This document shows positions 1-12,539 of a stretch of DNA of 64,000 nucleotides, one piece after another; within the stretch, counting starts at the first letter, position 1, and each line of letters begins with the position of its first letter. The DNA is from Octopus sinensis (Eukaryota), in assembly GCF_006345805.1 (NCBI RefSeq), contig NC_043008.1, forward strand, positions 13,764,001 to 13,828,000, read 5' to 3'. The translations under genes were made by a program, and so were the position numbers. The notes beneath the pieces are model-generated. The model was given only the letters and a program-made list of their open reading frames with translations. It had not been told where the DNA came from and did no database searches.

Positions 1-395
1 TAACGGATAAGTTGAGGATAGAGCCAGGGTTTTTAGACGAAAATTTACGAAGCAACATTAGTAATCTAATTCATTTGAATGCAAAGTAATAAGTATATTT
101 CGCTTCAGATATATATATATATATGAAAAATACTTAACTAATGCAGAAGTTCCGAAAAAGAATAACATTTATTCGGAATGATGTGACTTTTCAAGTGCAA
201 AATATCAATTTAAATCTGCTGGAAATTGATTTTCATTTCTATTTACATAGGTTATTTCAGCTTTAAAGAGTACACGTCAATAAATAGAGTTGCTATATAG
301 ATAAAGATGAAAGGGTAGGCTCACCCGTATAAATGTGAATGTAAACACAATGATACTCACCTGCACACTTGAATATGTGCTTCTCTTAAGAACGA

Positions 396-402
396 ACACA
401 CA

Positions 403-465
<63 letters not shown>

Positions 466-581
466 ACGCATAAAAGATCCTGCGACGGCTACAAAATATT
501 ATACATACACGGGTATTCATAGTAGATCCATACATATATATATGCATAAATACATGCATACACAAATACACATACATATAC

Positions 582-622
<41 letters not shown>

Positions 623-651
623 TATACTATACATATATATATATATAATAG

Positions 652-682
<31 letters not shown>

Positions 683-696
683 CTTTATATGTATAC

Positions 697-729
<33 letters not shown>

Positions 730-737
730 ATGTATAC

Positions 738-778
<41 letters not shown>

Positions 779-802
779 ATGTTACATATACATATATATA
801 TA
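396..802. repeat. (CA)n followed by an imperfect (TA)n tract
   Basis: Visible dinucleotide runs; they explain the HT/YI-repeat ORFs in the track. Confidence 0.95.
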
Positions 803-1000
803 TTAGAAAAATTGAGGTAATCAGATCAGATGGTTCATATTTGTAGATATTTATTTATATATTACATTTTTACATATCATATCATTCGATTAGCGCTTGC
901 TCCCATTCTAGTGGTTTTCAAATCAAATCAGTTTTGTGGGTTTTGAACCTTTTTATAGTTTCGTAGTAGTGGGTGAGGAGGAAGTGAGACAGAGAGAAAA

Positions 1001-1005
1001 TATGT

Positions 1006-1041
<36 letters not shown>

Positions 1042-1521
1042 GTGTGTGTGTGTGTGCGCATTTATATCTGAGAGTGAAGAAGTGTATTTCCGTTGGTCTG
1101 CTGGACCCCCCTGTGGTTTTATAAGCTTTGGCCGTCCATTTCAATGTCACTGAGTGTGTGTTGTGCATAGGTTGGCCTGGCAAATGTCATTTGGGGTCAC
1201 ACTTTCTATGATCATTTGTGGAGGTGTGTGTGTGTGTGTGTCTCTGTGTTCTCTGTGTGTTTTGTGTGTGTGTGTGTGTGTGTGGTGTGTGTGGTGTGTA
1301 TGTGTGTGTGTGGTGTGTGTGTGTCTGTGTGTTTGGAGAAGGGGGAGAGAGACAAAAAGAGAAAAGGGAAAATAAAATAATAATAATAAAAATAAAAAAT
1401 AAAAAATAAAAAAATAAAAAAATAAATCAAATAAAATAAAAAACAAAAATAAAAATAAAATAAAAAAATATAAAGAATAAAAAATAAAAAATAAAATAAA
1501 ATTAAATAAAAAATAAAAATA
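1001..1521. repeat. (TG)n tracts and an A-rich (AAAAT)-like low-complexity tract
   Basis: Visible at 1001-1057, 1224-1331 and 1371-1521. Confidence 0.9.
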
Positions 1522-1804
1522 AGGGAGGAAGTGGAGAAGAAAAAATATTTTTGTCTGTTGATATTTATACCACACAATATATATACACACACACAGACTT
1601 ATACATAAAATATTTGAAAAAACCTTTTTATCGGTTCAAAATGAACAACCAAATTATACCATCTTGAAATTTGTATGTCATAGAAAGTTAAAACTAAAGT
1701 GACAATTAAAGGGTAAAGATGGAAGTGAATTATAAAGATAATAATATAATGATGTATATAACAGGCAATACACACATCTACCACACCAGATTTTTCCTTC
1801 AATG

Positions 1805-2600
1805 TATGTTGAGTAAAGTTTCCAGCCATTTAATTTGGGGGAGAATTAGCTATAATGAAATGTTTTTTTCCATATTCCTCCTGAAGGGGGTGTCATTCTT
1901 CGGACACTTGTAGAAGGGAATATCTTAAATTTTCCTTCTCCACATGTAGCTAGGTGGTGGCTTAGTGGTATTTTGCGTAGTTCTTCCTGCCGAATATGTT
2001 GTCGGTGGATCCTGGCTCGCTGGCACAAAGAATTACCAGTTTTCTCTCCTACGTAATTCTCCTTGCATGTGGGGCAGGTTATGCAGTATATGACGTTCTG
2101 CGTCTTGCAGTTCATATCTGCATTTACTTTGAATATGACACCATTTTTAAATCTTATCTCTCTGTTGCTCTCTATGTATTTGTAGGTGGGGTTGCTGCAG
2201 GTCCCACATCTACCATCTCCGCACTCTTTTGCAAAGAATTCCGTTTTAGTTTCTGAGAGAATTTCGCTCTTGTTAGGTGTTTTTTTAGGTTTTTGTCCTG
2301 TCGTCTACTGTTTTTTATGCTATATTTGTTTAATATGTTTTTCATTTTGGGGCTCTGTAAGGCTATTGGTAGGTTTGAATGTATGGTTTGGAAGATGTTG
2401 GTAACTCCAGGGTTGTGTGTGTTTATAAAAGGGATAGTGTTTTCTTTGTTTTTTGTTTTGGGTGTCCTGAGTTGTGTGATGTCTAGTTTTAATGCTCTTG
2501 TGATTCCATTTTCTATTAGTTTAAGGGGGTATTTTTGCTCTAGGAGGAAGCTTTTGAGTTCATCTAGTCTTATCAATCGTATTTGTGACTTGTAAATAAG
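1805..2600 (-). mobile_element. Penelope-like element, 5'-truncated, Neptune-type: RT thumb/linker plus GIY-YIG endonuclease
   Basis: ORF 2172-2576 gives RLDELKSFLLEQKYP...IPFINTHNP...SRRQDKNLKKHLTRAK (PLE thumb/linker). After a frameshift it reads KECGDGRCGTC...DMNCKTQNVIYCITCPTCKENYVG...QRARIHRQHI...PLSHHLATC, a GIY-YIG domain with a Cys-rich linker as in Neptune PLEs. The C-terminus reads E-x-x-FI...PKLN near 1830. Confidence 0.88.
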
Positions 2601-4050
2601 TTGAGAAAGAACACTATTAGTAAATATGCAAATAAATATCGAATTAAAATTTCAGTAGACATCACGTGATGTTCCTTATATACACTGGAACCCTCAGCAG
2701 ACAGAAGGAGAAACTATTAAGCTTATTTTTTATATTGTTGTTAGTTAGACCGTCTTAAATTTCACAGTGAATGACAAGGTATGATGTCGGTTCTAAAATG
2801 ACCAAATGAAATAAGACAATGAGTAACCAATTGTATTTTGCTTTCGATCGCTTAAAGAATTTTATATTAATCTTGGAAAAATGTTCCTACGTGATTCAAG
2901 AAATGGTGATATACCTGAATAATTCTACGAGTTTCAGAATATAACTTTTACATGAACGTTGAATATCCTATTCCATTATATTTGCCATAATACCTTAACA
3001 ACATCGTAATATACAAATCCAGTTCACCTTATCCATCATTATATACTCCCTGCGATGAGAATATCAGTGTTCACTTCTCTAAACAAAATAAAAAAGTCAA
3101 AATTTATTTTCAATCTAGATTTCAGTTCAGATCTGTCAATACCTATTTCCCCCACCGGATTTACACTAAGCAGTCTAGTATTTATTTAGGACATACATAA
3201 CTCACTGACTGAATAAAAAAAAACCCATAAAATTTCATGTACTGTGCATAGTTTTTATTTCAACTTATAAGTCGTATCCTCTCATTCATTGACAAATTAT
3301 AGTTTATTTAATTTAAATCAATCCATTTGATATTTAATCAAATAAAATTACATGGACAGGTTAATGTTTTTTCTCTCATTTTATAGATTCAAATTTAATT
3401 TAATGATGATGGTATGATAAATTGGATTATGGACGTATGTGTAGAAGTAAGTGGAAGTAATATAACACATTTAATAAAAGTTTAATTATTCCATAATGCA
3501 CAGAAGGATGCATATGGTTTTTGTTATATTGGAACATATAACGTGATACATAGATGTTTTGAAGAATATTAATTTTGTGTGGCGTATAGGCGAACATTCT
3601 AAATTTCCATACCGTACATTTTCTCGGAGAAATCGTTATGAATTTTCATAAAGCTCAAACGTATATAAATAAATTAGAAGGAAGATGAAAAGGTCGATAA
3701 GATAGTTAAGAATTGTATGTAGTTAGAGAATGCAACAGCGGAAAAATCCCGATTAGTCATCTGTTTGATACTTCTTACATATATAGCGTTCTACGTATTC
3801 AAATATATTATTTTACGAGGAAAGAATCGTGTGTCATAGAAGCTGTTTCTACTAACAACAATTAACAAGAAACGTTGTTGTCTATTTTTTAAATTTCATC
3901 TACAATATCTATGGTCACAATTATTATCAAAAGAGTTATATTTGCGTTGTACATTTTAATCAATTAAAAACAAATTCTTCAATTCCAAATGTCAAACCTA
4001 ATCGTGTTTTGATTAGTATATATGGTTCACTTTGATATCGTTAACTATCA

Positions 4051-4141
<91 letters not shown>

Positions 4142-4340
4142 TATGATATATATATATATACATATATATGATATATATATATATATATATATATACATAC
4201 ATATATATACATATATATGAATATATATATATAATATATATATATATACATATATATGAATATATATATATATAATATATATATATATATATAATATATA
4301 TATATATAAATATATAAATACATATACATACATATATATA
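4051..4340. repeat. Long imperfect (TA)n microsatellite
   Basis: Direct inspection. Confidence 0.95.
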
Positions 4341-4969
4341 TTTCCTAGGGAAAAAGGATATACAAAATTATTCAGTAAAATGTAAATATTCTTATGTTAA
4401 CATTGAAATATCTGAAAAAGTAAATATATGTAAGTGAAAACGTCTGCTTAAGTATATTTCAAGGCAATATATTTCCAAGAGAACAGAAGGCAATGACACA
4501 AAGAGAGATCTCCAAACACATTAGAAATAGTTTCCAATCGTACATATGTGAATAGCTGGCCATGAGGCGCTAGGAAACACAAACATATGGATTGATAATT
4601 GAATACAGTACAATAGAAACTAAAACCATTACTCTGAGCTTCATACATTTTTATCTGTATAAAAAACGGTATGATAACAGGGAATATGTAGTTGAAAATA
4701 TTGACCATATGCGAGTTTAGGATGCTGTTATCAAAGATAATGAAATATTTCAACAATGAAGAATGTAACTCAACAATAGTTAATCGAAGTGCTTAAATTC
4801 TAACTGTAGCCTATGTAAAGATTATTGTTTTGTGTGCGGTGTGTAAAGAAAGAGTGAGTATACAGCCCCGCCTAGAGCAGTGAGATGATCATTAGAAAGC
4901 AAATCTAAACGAACAAGGGGTTACGATTGAATTTTCATAAATTCTATTATATAGCAAGGCAGCAAGATA

Positions 4970-5536
4970 TTGGGTTGTCCGGAAAGTTCATGCCGATTTT
5001 TAAAGGAAAGGAAAAAGGTCAATAAATACTAACTATTACATTTTTAATCAACCATATATGAACCATTCTGTTGGACAATGCGTTTCTATCTTTCCTTTAA
5101 CTTGAAAATACCCCCTTCCCAGAATCGAGGTGGTTTCATGGCAAATAATTCATCAAGGTATCTTTTTATGTCATACAAGGAATAGAAAATTTTCCCTTTA
5201 AAACTATTCTGCAGAGACCCGAATAAGTGGAAATCCGAAGGAGCAATATCTGGTGAATATGGAGAGTGGGGTCACACATCCCAGCCGAGCTGCAGCAATT
5301 TTTGTCTGATTCCCAAAGCATCAAGTGCCGAAAACGAACTTTCTTATCTTCCATTTTAAAGGGTTACAGAATTAACACAGGTTATAGGAACATAAACCTT
5401 CTTCCACGAACATATAACTTAAACTGTGCTCTAAATGGAGGTGTAGTCAAATCCTATTTTATGGACTGAACCATGTTCTAAAGTAAGTCGAAATGTAAGC
5501 TACTATAAATCGGCACGAACTTTCCGGACAATCCAA
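4970..5536 (-). mobile_element. Internally deleted mariner (MITE-like), 567 bp
   Basis: TIRs TTGGGTTGTCCGGAAAGTTCATGCCGATTT (4970-) and AAATCGGCACGAACTTTCCGGACAATCCAA (-5536), with TA at the left flank. The minus strand reads MEDKKVRFRHLMLWE (mariner N-terminus) joined to HSPYSPDIAPSDFHLF...KPPRFWEGGIFKLKER*KRIVQQNGSYMVD* (YSPDLAPSD motif and C-terminus). Confidence 0.92.
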
Positions 5537-8500
5537 GAGAAACAAAAACGTAACTAAACCACAAGCGAGATTATTTATGGCTAACAATATTCTCGTATTT
5601 GCCACTAATGCTTCTAGAACTGCAGCGAATATTGAAGTTTCTATTTCAAATATTCACATTTTCACCTATTGTAGAACTCTTTCTCTAGCTATAGAGTCGC
5701 ACGGAAATATATTTTATATTTTATAGAATATAAAACTAGAAATTTGAAAGAACCTTTATTTCTGAATAAAAAAAATAAATATATAAATGTAAATAGACAT
5801 TCATGCTCAACTTTTCAAGCAAGACTGTTAGGTTTTATATTCTATTTAATATTATTTCATTGAAAACATTCTTTTTATTCCTACGAGTTTAAAGAACATC
5901 TCTCTTGAATTCTCACAAGTCTTTATCAATAATGGACAATATCTTTCAAAAGGTAATCTATAGATTTCTGATCAATAATTCTAACTTGAGTATCATTTTT
6001 GCTTCAAAAATAAACGTAATGTTTTTTGTAATATTATTTTTGTCATCGTTAATACTTTCTTAGTTTTCAGAGAAAAACTTTATCCGAAACTACATTGACT
6101 GTTTTTTTTTTATTTCTTTTCTTTCAAAAATAACACAGGATTCAATACTAACGCTTTTTAGTAACTTTGAAATAGGTTTCTGCATATTGTTTGCCATTGT
6201 TGTTCCTGCTGCTTAACCTTCTTCTAGCCAAGTAAATGTCACCTGTGTTCATGATTAAAGGACTAAAGTATTTTTGAAATTTCACGAAATTCATAACAAT
6301 TGAATTACAAAAATATATTGCGTTCCTCAACATTTCTCGTTATTTTGTTTTTAAATTTTCATATTCACTAATCTGTAAAGGAGGAGTAATGCCAGTGGCC
6401 ATTTTCTAAACCCAACCTCTTATAATGAGGAGTTGGTGCACACAGAGACATTTGATGGACGCAATGTTTATCTGGAATTGATGCAAGTAGTTATTATTGT
6501 TGCTGTTGTTATATTAATAATTTTGAAAAATTATTATTATTAATAGTAGTGACGATGTTATTATTAGTATTGTTCTTGTGTTTCTTTGTGTGTCTGCTTG
6601 ACGCCCCTTCAAATTGCTCGTAATATTTGATTTCACCACTTAATAAAAGCCTACGTTTAATTTTGTTTTCTTTCCGCACTTTTTTTCAGACCCGACTGGG
6701 TACCTGAGGAACTGGTTAGTTCCATGCTGTTCTTGCTCTTCTTGAGTAGAAGCAATATTTCCTGAAACCTGAAGATTTTAAATTAAAACATTGGTTTATT
6801 AAATTAAATTTCATTATTGTTATTCATGTTGTTCTTAATTTTATTGTTGTTTATATATCGTCAGCAAGAGGAGTTACAAAAATATTCAAAATAGAAGAAC
6901 CCACACATAACTAGATGAGCGAATCAACTGCTCAACCTCAGAAATCATGCAAATGCTTCCTCTCGCTGCCCACTTTTATCCAATATGGCATTGCCTAGAA
7001 TAAAGGTAGTGAATACGTATGGTCGCGGTTACATCGGATGCATAGGCACCTGCTGAATAATCTCAGACCCCAAGTCGTAAATGTAATGGCCGTCAGTGCA
7101 AATAGAAAAACTGAGGCATAAGACTTTGCGTCGTTTTGCGTTGGCTACGAGGAAAACACATCTTCATGTTGACTGGGATAATGAAATGAAGCAGTACTGC
7201 TTTAAAGGAACCTGAATCTTACCAACTGAATTGATTCGGAGGTGAAATTCGTGATGTTGTACCTCATCACCGAATAAGGCCATGTCTTCGGGATAGTAGC
7301 CATCTGCGGCCCAGCACAGGATGGACAACGAGATGTATTTAGGCCTAAAAATCTTACATTTGTAATGCCGATTTCCTTCGGTAATCTTACGGCAATATCA
7401 ACTCAAACAGGGGGCAAAACCTCCAGCTCTGAGAGGGTTAGGTAAGCGCTGATGGAAAAGACGATCCTTAATGATTTTTTACCCCTACAAAGTAGCAAAT
7501 GCAGATTTCATATTAATAATTGCATCTCAAGTAAAACCTTTGCTTCAAAAATAAACGCTATTCTTTGTTTAAGCCGGTATACTTCATTTAAGTCGCGAGT
7601 ACCAAGTTAAGTGTTTGGAATCTAGTCACGGGTTTGTAATATTTCAGTAGACGACGGGAGAATTATCAAATATTTCGCTGTCTAGCATATATGTAGAATA
7701 TTTGGGTGATTCAAATATTCAACGTTTATAGATTTACCATAACAGAATCACTCAAATATACAAATATTTCGTTTGAATATATTGAAATAAAGATCTAACA
7801 CTGTCGGTGAATTGAAAGAAGAGATTTCAAACTTAAAACGAAAGCAAAACTGCAGAATTATTCGTATAGTAATATTAATTTTAATTACATATTTGTATTT
7901 ATGTCGATTGATTAATGATCAAAGATATCAGAGCTTACCACTAAGTGTTATTAAACAAAGAAGTTATCGCCCGCGTTTTCTTACGGAACAACGCCTGTGA
8001 GATATAATATTAGTAGTGAACTACTTACTTTGTAATATTATCTCCGAGGTTTATTTTATTGTTTGTTTCCTTTAGACTATCTTGCAGTTAAAATAACATG
8101 ACTTCTCTATTTGGCGTCGAAGTATTGTATATATTTTCAACAGAAAGTGTCACACAAAATGGTGAGATACGATAGAATCAAGAACCGCTTCCACTTCAAT
8201 TGCCAGAAATATTTTGAATATATAAATGAGTTTGCATTGAGATGCAGATCAAAGCTAACAGAATAATCTCATTCTTAATGAAAGACTTCGCTGAGTATTT
8301 CAAATATGGTTACAATTTTCTTGCACATAATATTTAATGCTCCGAAAAGTCAAAGTTTTACCCAATACATTTTATGGTTTCTAATAGATGCGATTACGAT
8401 TTTCACATATTCAATTCCGCATTGAACTCTATATGTCATCTTCAGATGAACACATCATCATTGCTAAAAAAGGGGGACTTTGATCATAATACGAATTTTT

Positions 8501-9059
8501 CTCATTTTCTTATCTCCTCGGAAAATAGACACTTGCCTAAAATATTTTGTTGCATTTTCTACTCTCGTATTTTATAGTGTTTGACTATTGTAGCTCTTGC
8601 TTTCGTAGTTTCTCTGCGTGTAATTAATCTTTAAATTAAAAGTGCGTGTCAGTAAATAAAGTATTTAAACACTTGTATTGAAATACATCATATTTTGACA
8701 AATCAAATAATGTGGCTCTAAAATGTTTTATACCAGTCTGGTAGTTAAGATAAACCTTCTTAAACGAATGAGAAATTGTAATGAAGTGATATAAACTATG
8801 GAACTGTATAATGAATCCTCGGATGTGACATTTCTCCACAGAATGCAAATGAATTACAATGAATATAAAAGAAGTGACATCTTCAAAAATGCTAAATCAA
8901 AAGACAATTTGAGCCTGCTGATCAATAACACCTTCACACGTTCAAGTATATTTTACTGCAGCAAAAGGACATTATTTTGTTTGCTAAATAGTTTGGCCCT
9001 ATTGAAATACAAGTACAACTATTTTTTTGCCATCTGAGTGGACTAGAGCAACGGGATAT

Positions 9060-9150
9060 AACTTGTTTTGCTCAAGGACACAACGCGTCGAAGGAAATTG
9101 AACTCAATTGCGAGTGGAATGCCCTAACCATTAACCAACGTGCATTCACA
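9060..9150 (-). mobile_element. Degenerate tRNA-derived SINE head (SINE-C-like)
   Basis: The reverse complement resembles the head and CTTGAGCAA(G/A)AC motif of the SINE at 28453. Confidence 0.45.
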
Positions 9151-9210
9151 AATACTATATACACTAAAGCGAGTATGGAGACATTGGCTGTTATTTCATT
9201 TTCGAATGCA

Positions 9211-9860
9211 GTGATCTGGTTGAATCGTTAGAACGTAGGCCAAAATGCTTAGAAGTATTTCGTCTGTCTTTACGTTCTGATTTCAAATTCCGCCGCGGTC
9301 GACTGTGCTTTCGTCCTTTTCGGGTCGATACATTTAGTATCAGTTGCGTACTGCGGTTGCTGTAATCGACTAGCCTCTTCCCCGAAAATTTCGGGCCTTG
9401 TTCCTAGAGTAGAAAAGCATATTTTTCTCCCCATAAGTACATTTATATGCCATAGAAAAATATTTGAAAACTTATAATTTTTTTTAAAGGAGGCGAGATG
9501 GCAGAAATGTTTAACGGTATTTCGTCTGTCTTTACGATCTGAGTTCAAATTCCGCCGAGGTCGACTTTGCCTTTCATCCTTTCAGGGCCGGTATATTAAG
9601 TACCAGTTGCGTACTGGAGTCGATCTAATGGTTAGTCCGCTCTCCAAAATTTCGGGCCTTGTGCCTAGAGTAGAAAAGAATCCTTAAAACGCCGGGCAAA
9701 ATGCTTTGCAACATTTCAAATTACACTGAGATTGAATTTGCCATTCATTCTTCTGGGTCGATAAAATAAGTACCTGTTGAGCATTTCCCTCGATGTAATC
9801 GACCTATCTACTCCAATCCCACGCCAAAAGCTCTGGCTTTGTACCAAAAGTAGAGAGCAA
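9211..9860 (+). mobile_element. Three head-to-tail SINE-A copies (9211-9418, 9489-9680, 9688-9860)
   Basis: Repeated TGGCAGAA A-box and GTTCAAATTC B-box, then GTCGACTTTGCCTTTCATCCTTTC-GGGTCGATAAA-TAAGTACC (resembles the Deu/Nin SINE central domain). The third copy is degenerate. Confidence 0.85.
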
Positions 9861-10545
9861 TATTTCTTTTGTTATCGAGTTAACAGCGAACTTTTCCTGT
9901 ATTTCATATTTACAAATAGTCTGGAATAGATGAAAGTAAGAAAATTGTTAAATAAAAGAGTTCAATATTTATAATAGAATACACTAAATGAAAAACCAGC
10001 TGCCTATTTTTGAGCAGATGTTCAAATTAGCGTTCAGTTTTCTAAGAATGTCCTAACTACATTATCTATTTAAGAAGTGCCTTGCTATATTCGTATCTGA
10101 ATATATATCATATAATTCTTATTTTCAGCAAATCAAAAATAGCAGTATACAATGAGGATTATTCTCACAAACCTTAATTATTAGTACGATAATCACACAT
10201 TCCATTCCAAGTACATTCAATGAACCGAAATTTACCATAAGCCTAGAGACGCAGATGTAAGGCTGATTCCAATTAAAGGAGACCAAAAGTATGGCTAGCA
10301 ATTATTTAAATGAATTCTACGGACGCGGCTGAATAAATATATATTTCTTGTATGTCAGTTTATTGTACGATTTAAAGCGTAAATATACGTATGTCTATGT
10401 CTTTGTTGGAGTGCACATGGGTGTGTTTAGATAGTACACAGTATATTAATATCCATGTTTTTCCTAGAAGAATAGCTGATCATGTACTCAAACCAATTCA
10501 TATATATTAACAGTTACATTAGTACACAATTACATAATATCTGCG

Positions 10546-10576
<31 letters not shown>

Positions 10577-10581
<5 letters not shown>

Positions 10582-11660
10582 TGATCAAAATAAAAACATG
10601 ATGCGAAGGACTCGGCGGTACATATGTTCCGGGCCTTTATTAGACAGATTTATAACAATGCATAATGTATGTCTGTGGCCTTCTTCAGCCGCGCACAACA
10701 GCTTCCACAAGGACATGTGTTACATCAAAAATTCTTGGTTGGGGATGCAAATCCTCCCATTCGCGCACGACATAATGCGGCAGCAGCATAGAATTGAAGC
10801 GTCCATCTCTTTCTTCTCTCAATGTAGGATGAGGAAAAATGGATGTTGAAGTAATGTAAATAAATAAATACATGTATATACGTGAAGATGGAGGGGCGAG
10901 AATTCAGGACGATGGATAAAAAATGTATAAAAAGTGTAAGTATAGAAAACTATAAAAATGTAGAGCATAAAGATATAAAGAGATATAAGGAGATGTAAAG
11001 GGGGTATAAAGAATATAGAGAAATATAAAGAAATGTAAATAAATGTAAAGGCATAAGGTTATAAAGTAAAAATAGAAATAGAAATAAAAATAAAAGTAAA
11101 AAAACATGATAAAAATGTAACAAAATATAAAAAAATATAAAGATAAGGGATGTATAGAGGTTAAGGACCAAGCATGGTGGTCAGGAGATTGATAAAATTT
11201 AGTTGTAGAATTGTCAGTAAATCAACAGTTTCGTCTGGGGACCTAATGCGTTGTAAATCAGAGCTGTTGAGCGTTTAATCTGGTTCCTTGAATTATTTGG
11301 ACTTCTAGTACATACATACCAACATGGATACATACACCCATATACACGCGTACGTATACGCCTCCAAGCCTATAAGCATCCACACGCACTCGCGTGTAAA
11401 CATGCATATGAACACACACACACCCACACGCACGTGCGTACACATACATACATACAACAGAATATCCGCATGTATACACGGACACTATATGTGTACACAC
11501 TCACATGTACATACGCGCGCCCATCCCTACATACACACACGCATATGCCCACGCTTCCAGGTCTAGATATAAGATATTAAAAGATGTATATAAGAGCGTA
11601 TGTAAGGAATCACGTCTATGCGTGCACGCACACACGGCTGTGTGTACGTATGTGCGTGCA
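10577..11660. repeat. Left arm of a ~1.08 kb inverted repeat (PLE 3' tail)
   Basis: Reverse complement of 14597-15678, with about 7 substitutions and 2 single-base homopolymer indels by eye. The mirrored ORFs in the track (10598+/15406-, 10685-/15382+, 11324+/14691-) agree. Confidence 0.97.
10615..10692 (-). ncRNA. Minimal type I hammerhead ribozyme with a core variant (GGAA instead of GAAA)
   Basis: The reverse complement reads GCGG-CUGAAGA-A-GGCC...GGCC-C-GGAA-CAUAUG-UA-CCGC. The topology matches the right-arm copy, but A13 is G (C at plus 10629). Confidence 0.75.
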
Positions 11661-12539
11661 GATATACACCTACACACACACACAGAGACATATGGGTATA
11701 GCTATAAGATATCAAAATATGCATGTACATATATGCGCGCGTCTATGTATGTATGCGTATACATACGTACACGGACGCTCGTATAGTCAAAAGTGGATCT
11801 ATAGGTAAGTAAATAAACATATATAGAGATGTAAAGCGATAAGTTAGGGGTAAGAATGAGGGTAAGGGTAAAAATTAGAAATAAAAGTAAGAAATACAGT
11901 ATAAAATAAGAAATACAATGTAATGGTTAGAAGTGAAATATAAAAATTATAAAAATTATAAGAGTTAAGGTAAGGGATGAAAATGAAAATGAGAATAAAT
12001 GGAATTAGAATAAGAGTAAAAGTAAAAATAAAATAAAATAAGATAAAAATATAATTTAACATGAGATGAAGGTGGTTGAAAGTTAGAGGTGTGTGTTAAA
12101 AGTGCCCACGTAGGGGCGGGCGGGGGGAACTGAAAATTGGAAGGGTGGGAAGTGGAGTTTGGCGGTGTGCGGTCAACATCCGAGTTAGAAATGTGAAAGG
12201 GTATAGATATAGGGAAGTAAAGAGACTATATAGGAAGGATATGGGTGTAGGAGAAGAAATATTTAGGGAAAAGAAGTCATGTATGGGAGACAAAATTTGT
12301 ATATATAGGAGGAAAATGCAGGGAAACATATATGCACATACACACACCCCACACACACACACACACGCACATATATATATATATATATATATATGTACAT
12401 ATACCTACACATATGTGCACATACATATACATACACACACACATACGCATATACACGCACATATAGGAAAGCGGGATGTGCTGGAGCCGACAGGTTCCAC
12501 CGGGTGGGAGGAAAATGCATGGGGGAGTTGGTATAAAAC

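Noticed and set aside
4448-4756. 102-aa hydrophobic ORF as a membrane protein
   Set aside because: It has a non-ATG start, an F/I/Y-rich composition expected from AT-rich DNA and no recognisable motif.
9211-9860. Repeat-spacer pattern as a CRISPR array
   Set aside because: These are tandem SINE copies of ~200 bp in a eukaryotic context, with no short identical repeats, unique spacers or cas genes.
11843-11880. Telomere-like hexamers (TTAGGG, TGAGGG, TAAGGG) in the PLE 3' UTR
   Set aside because: Only one exact TTAGGG occurs within a purine-rich low-complexity stretch, and this PLE encodes an endonuclease, unlike telomere-associated EN-minus PLEs.
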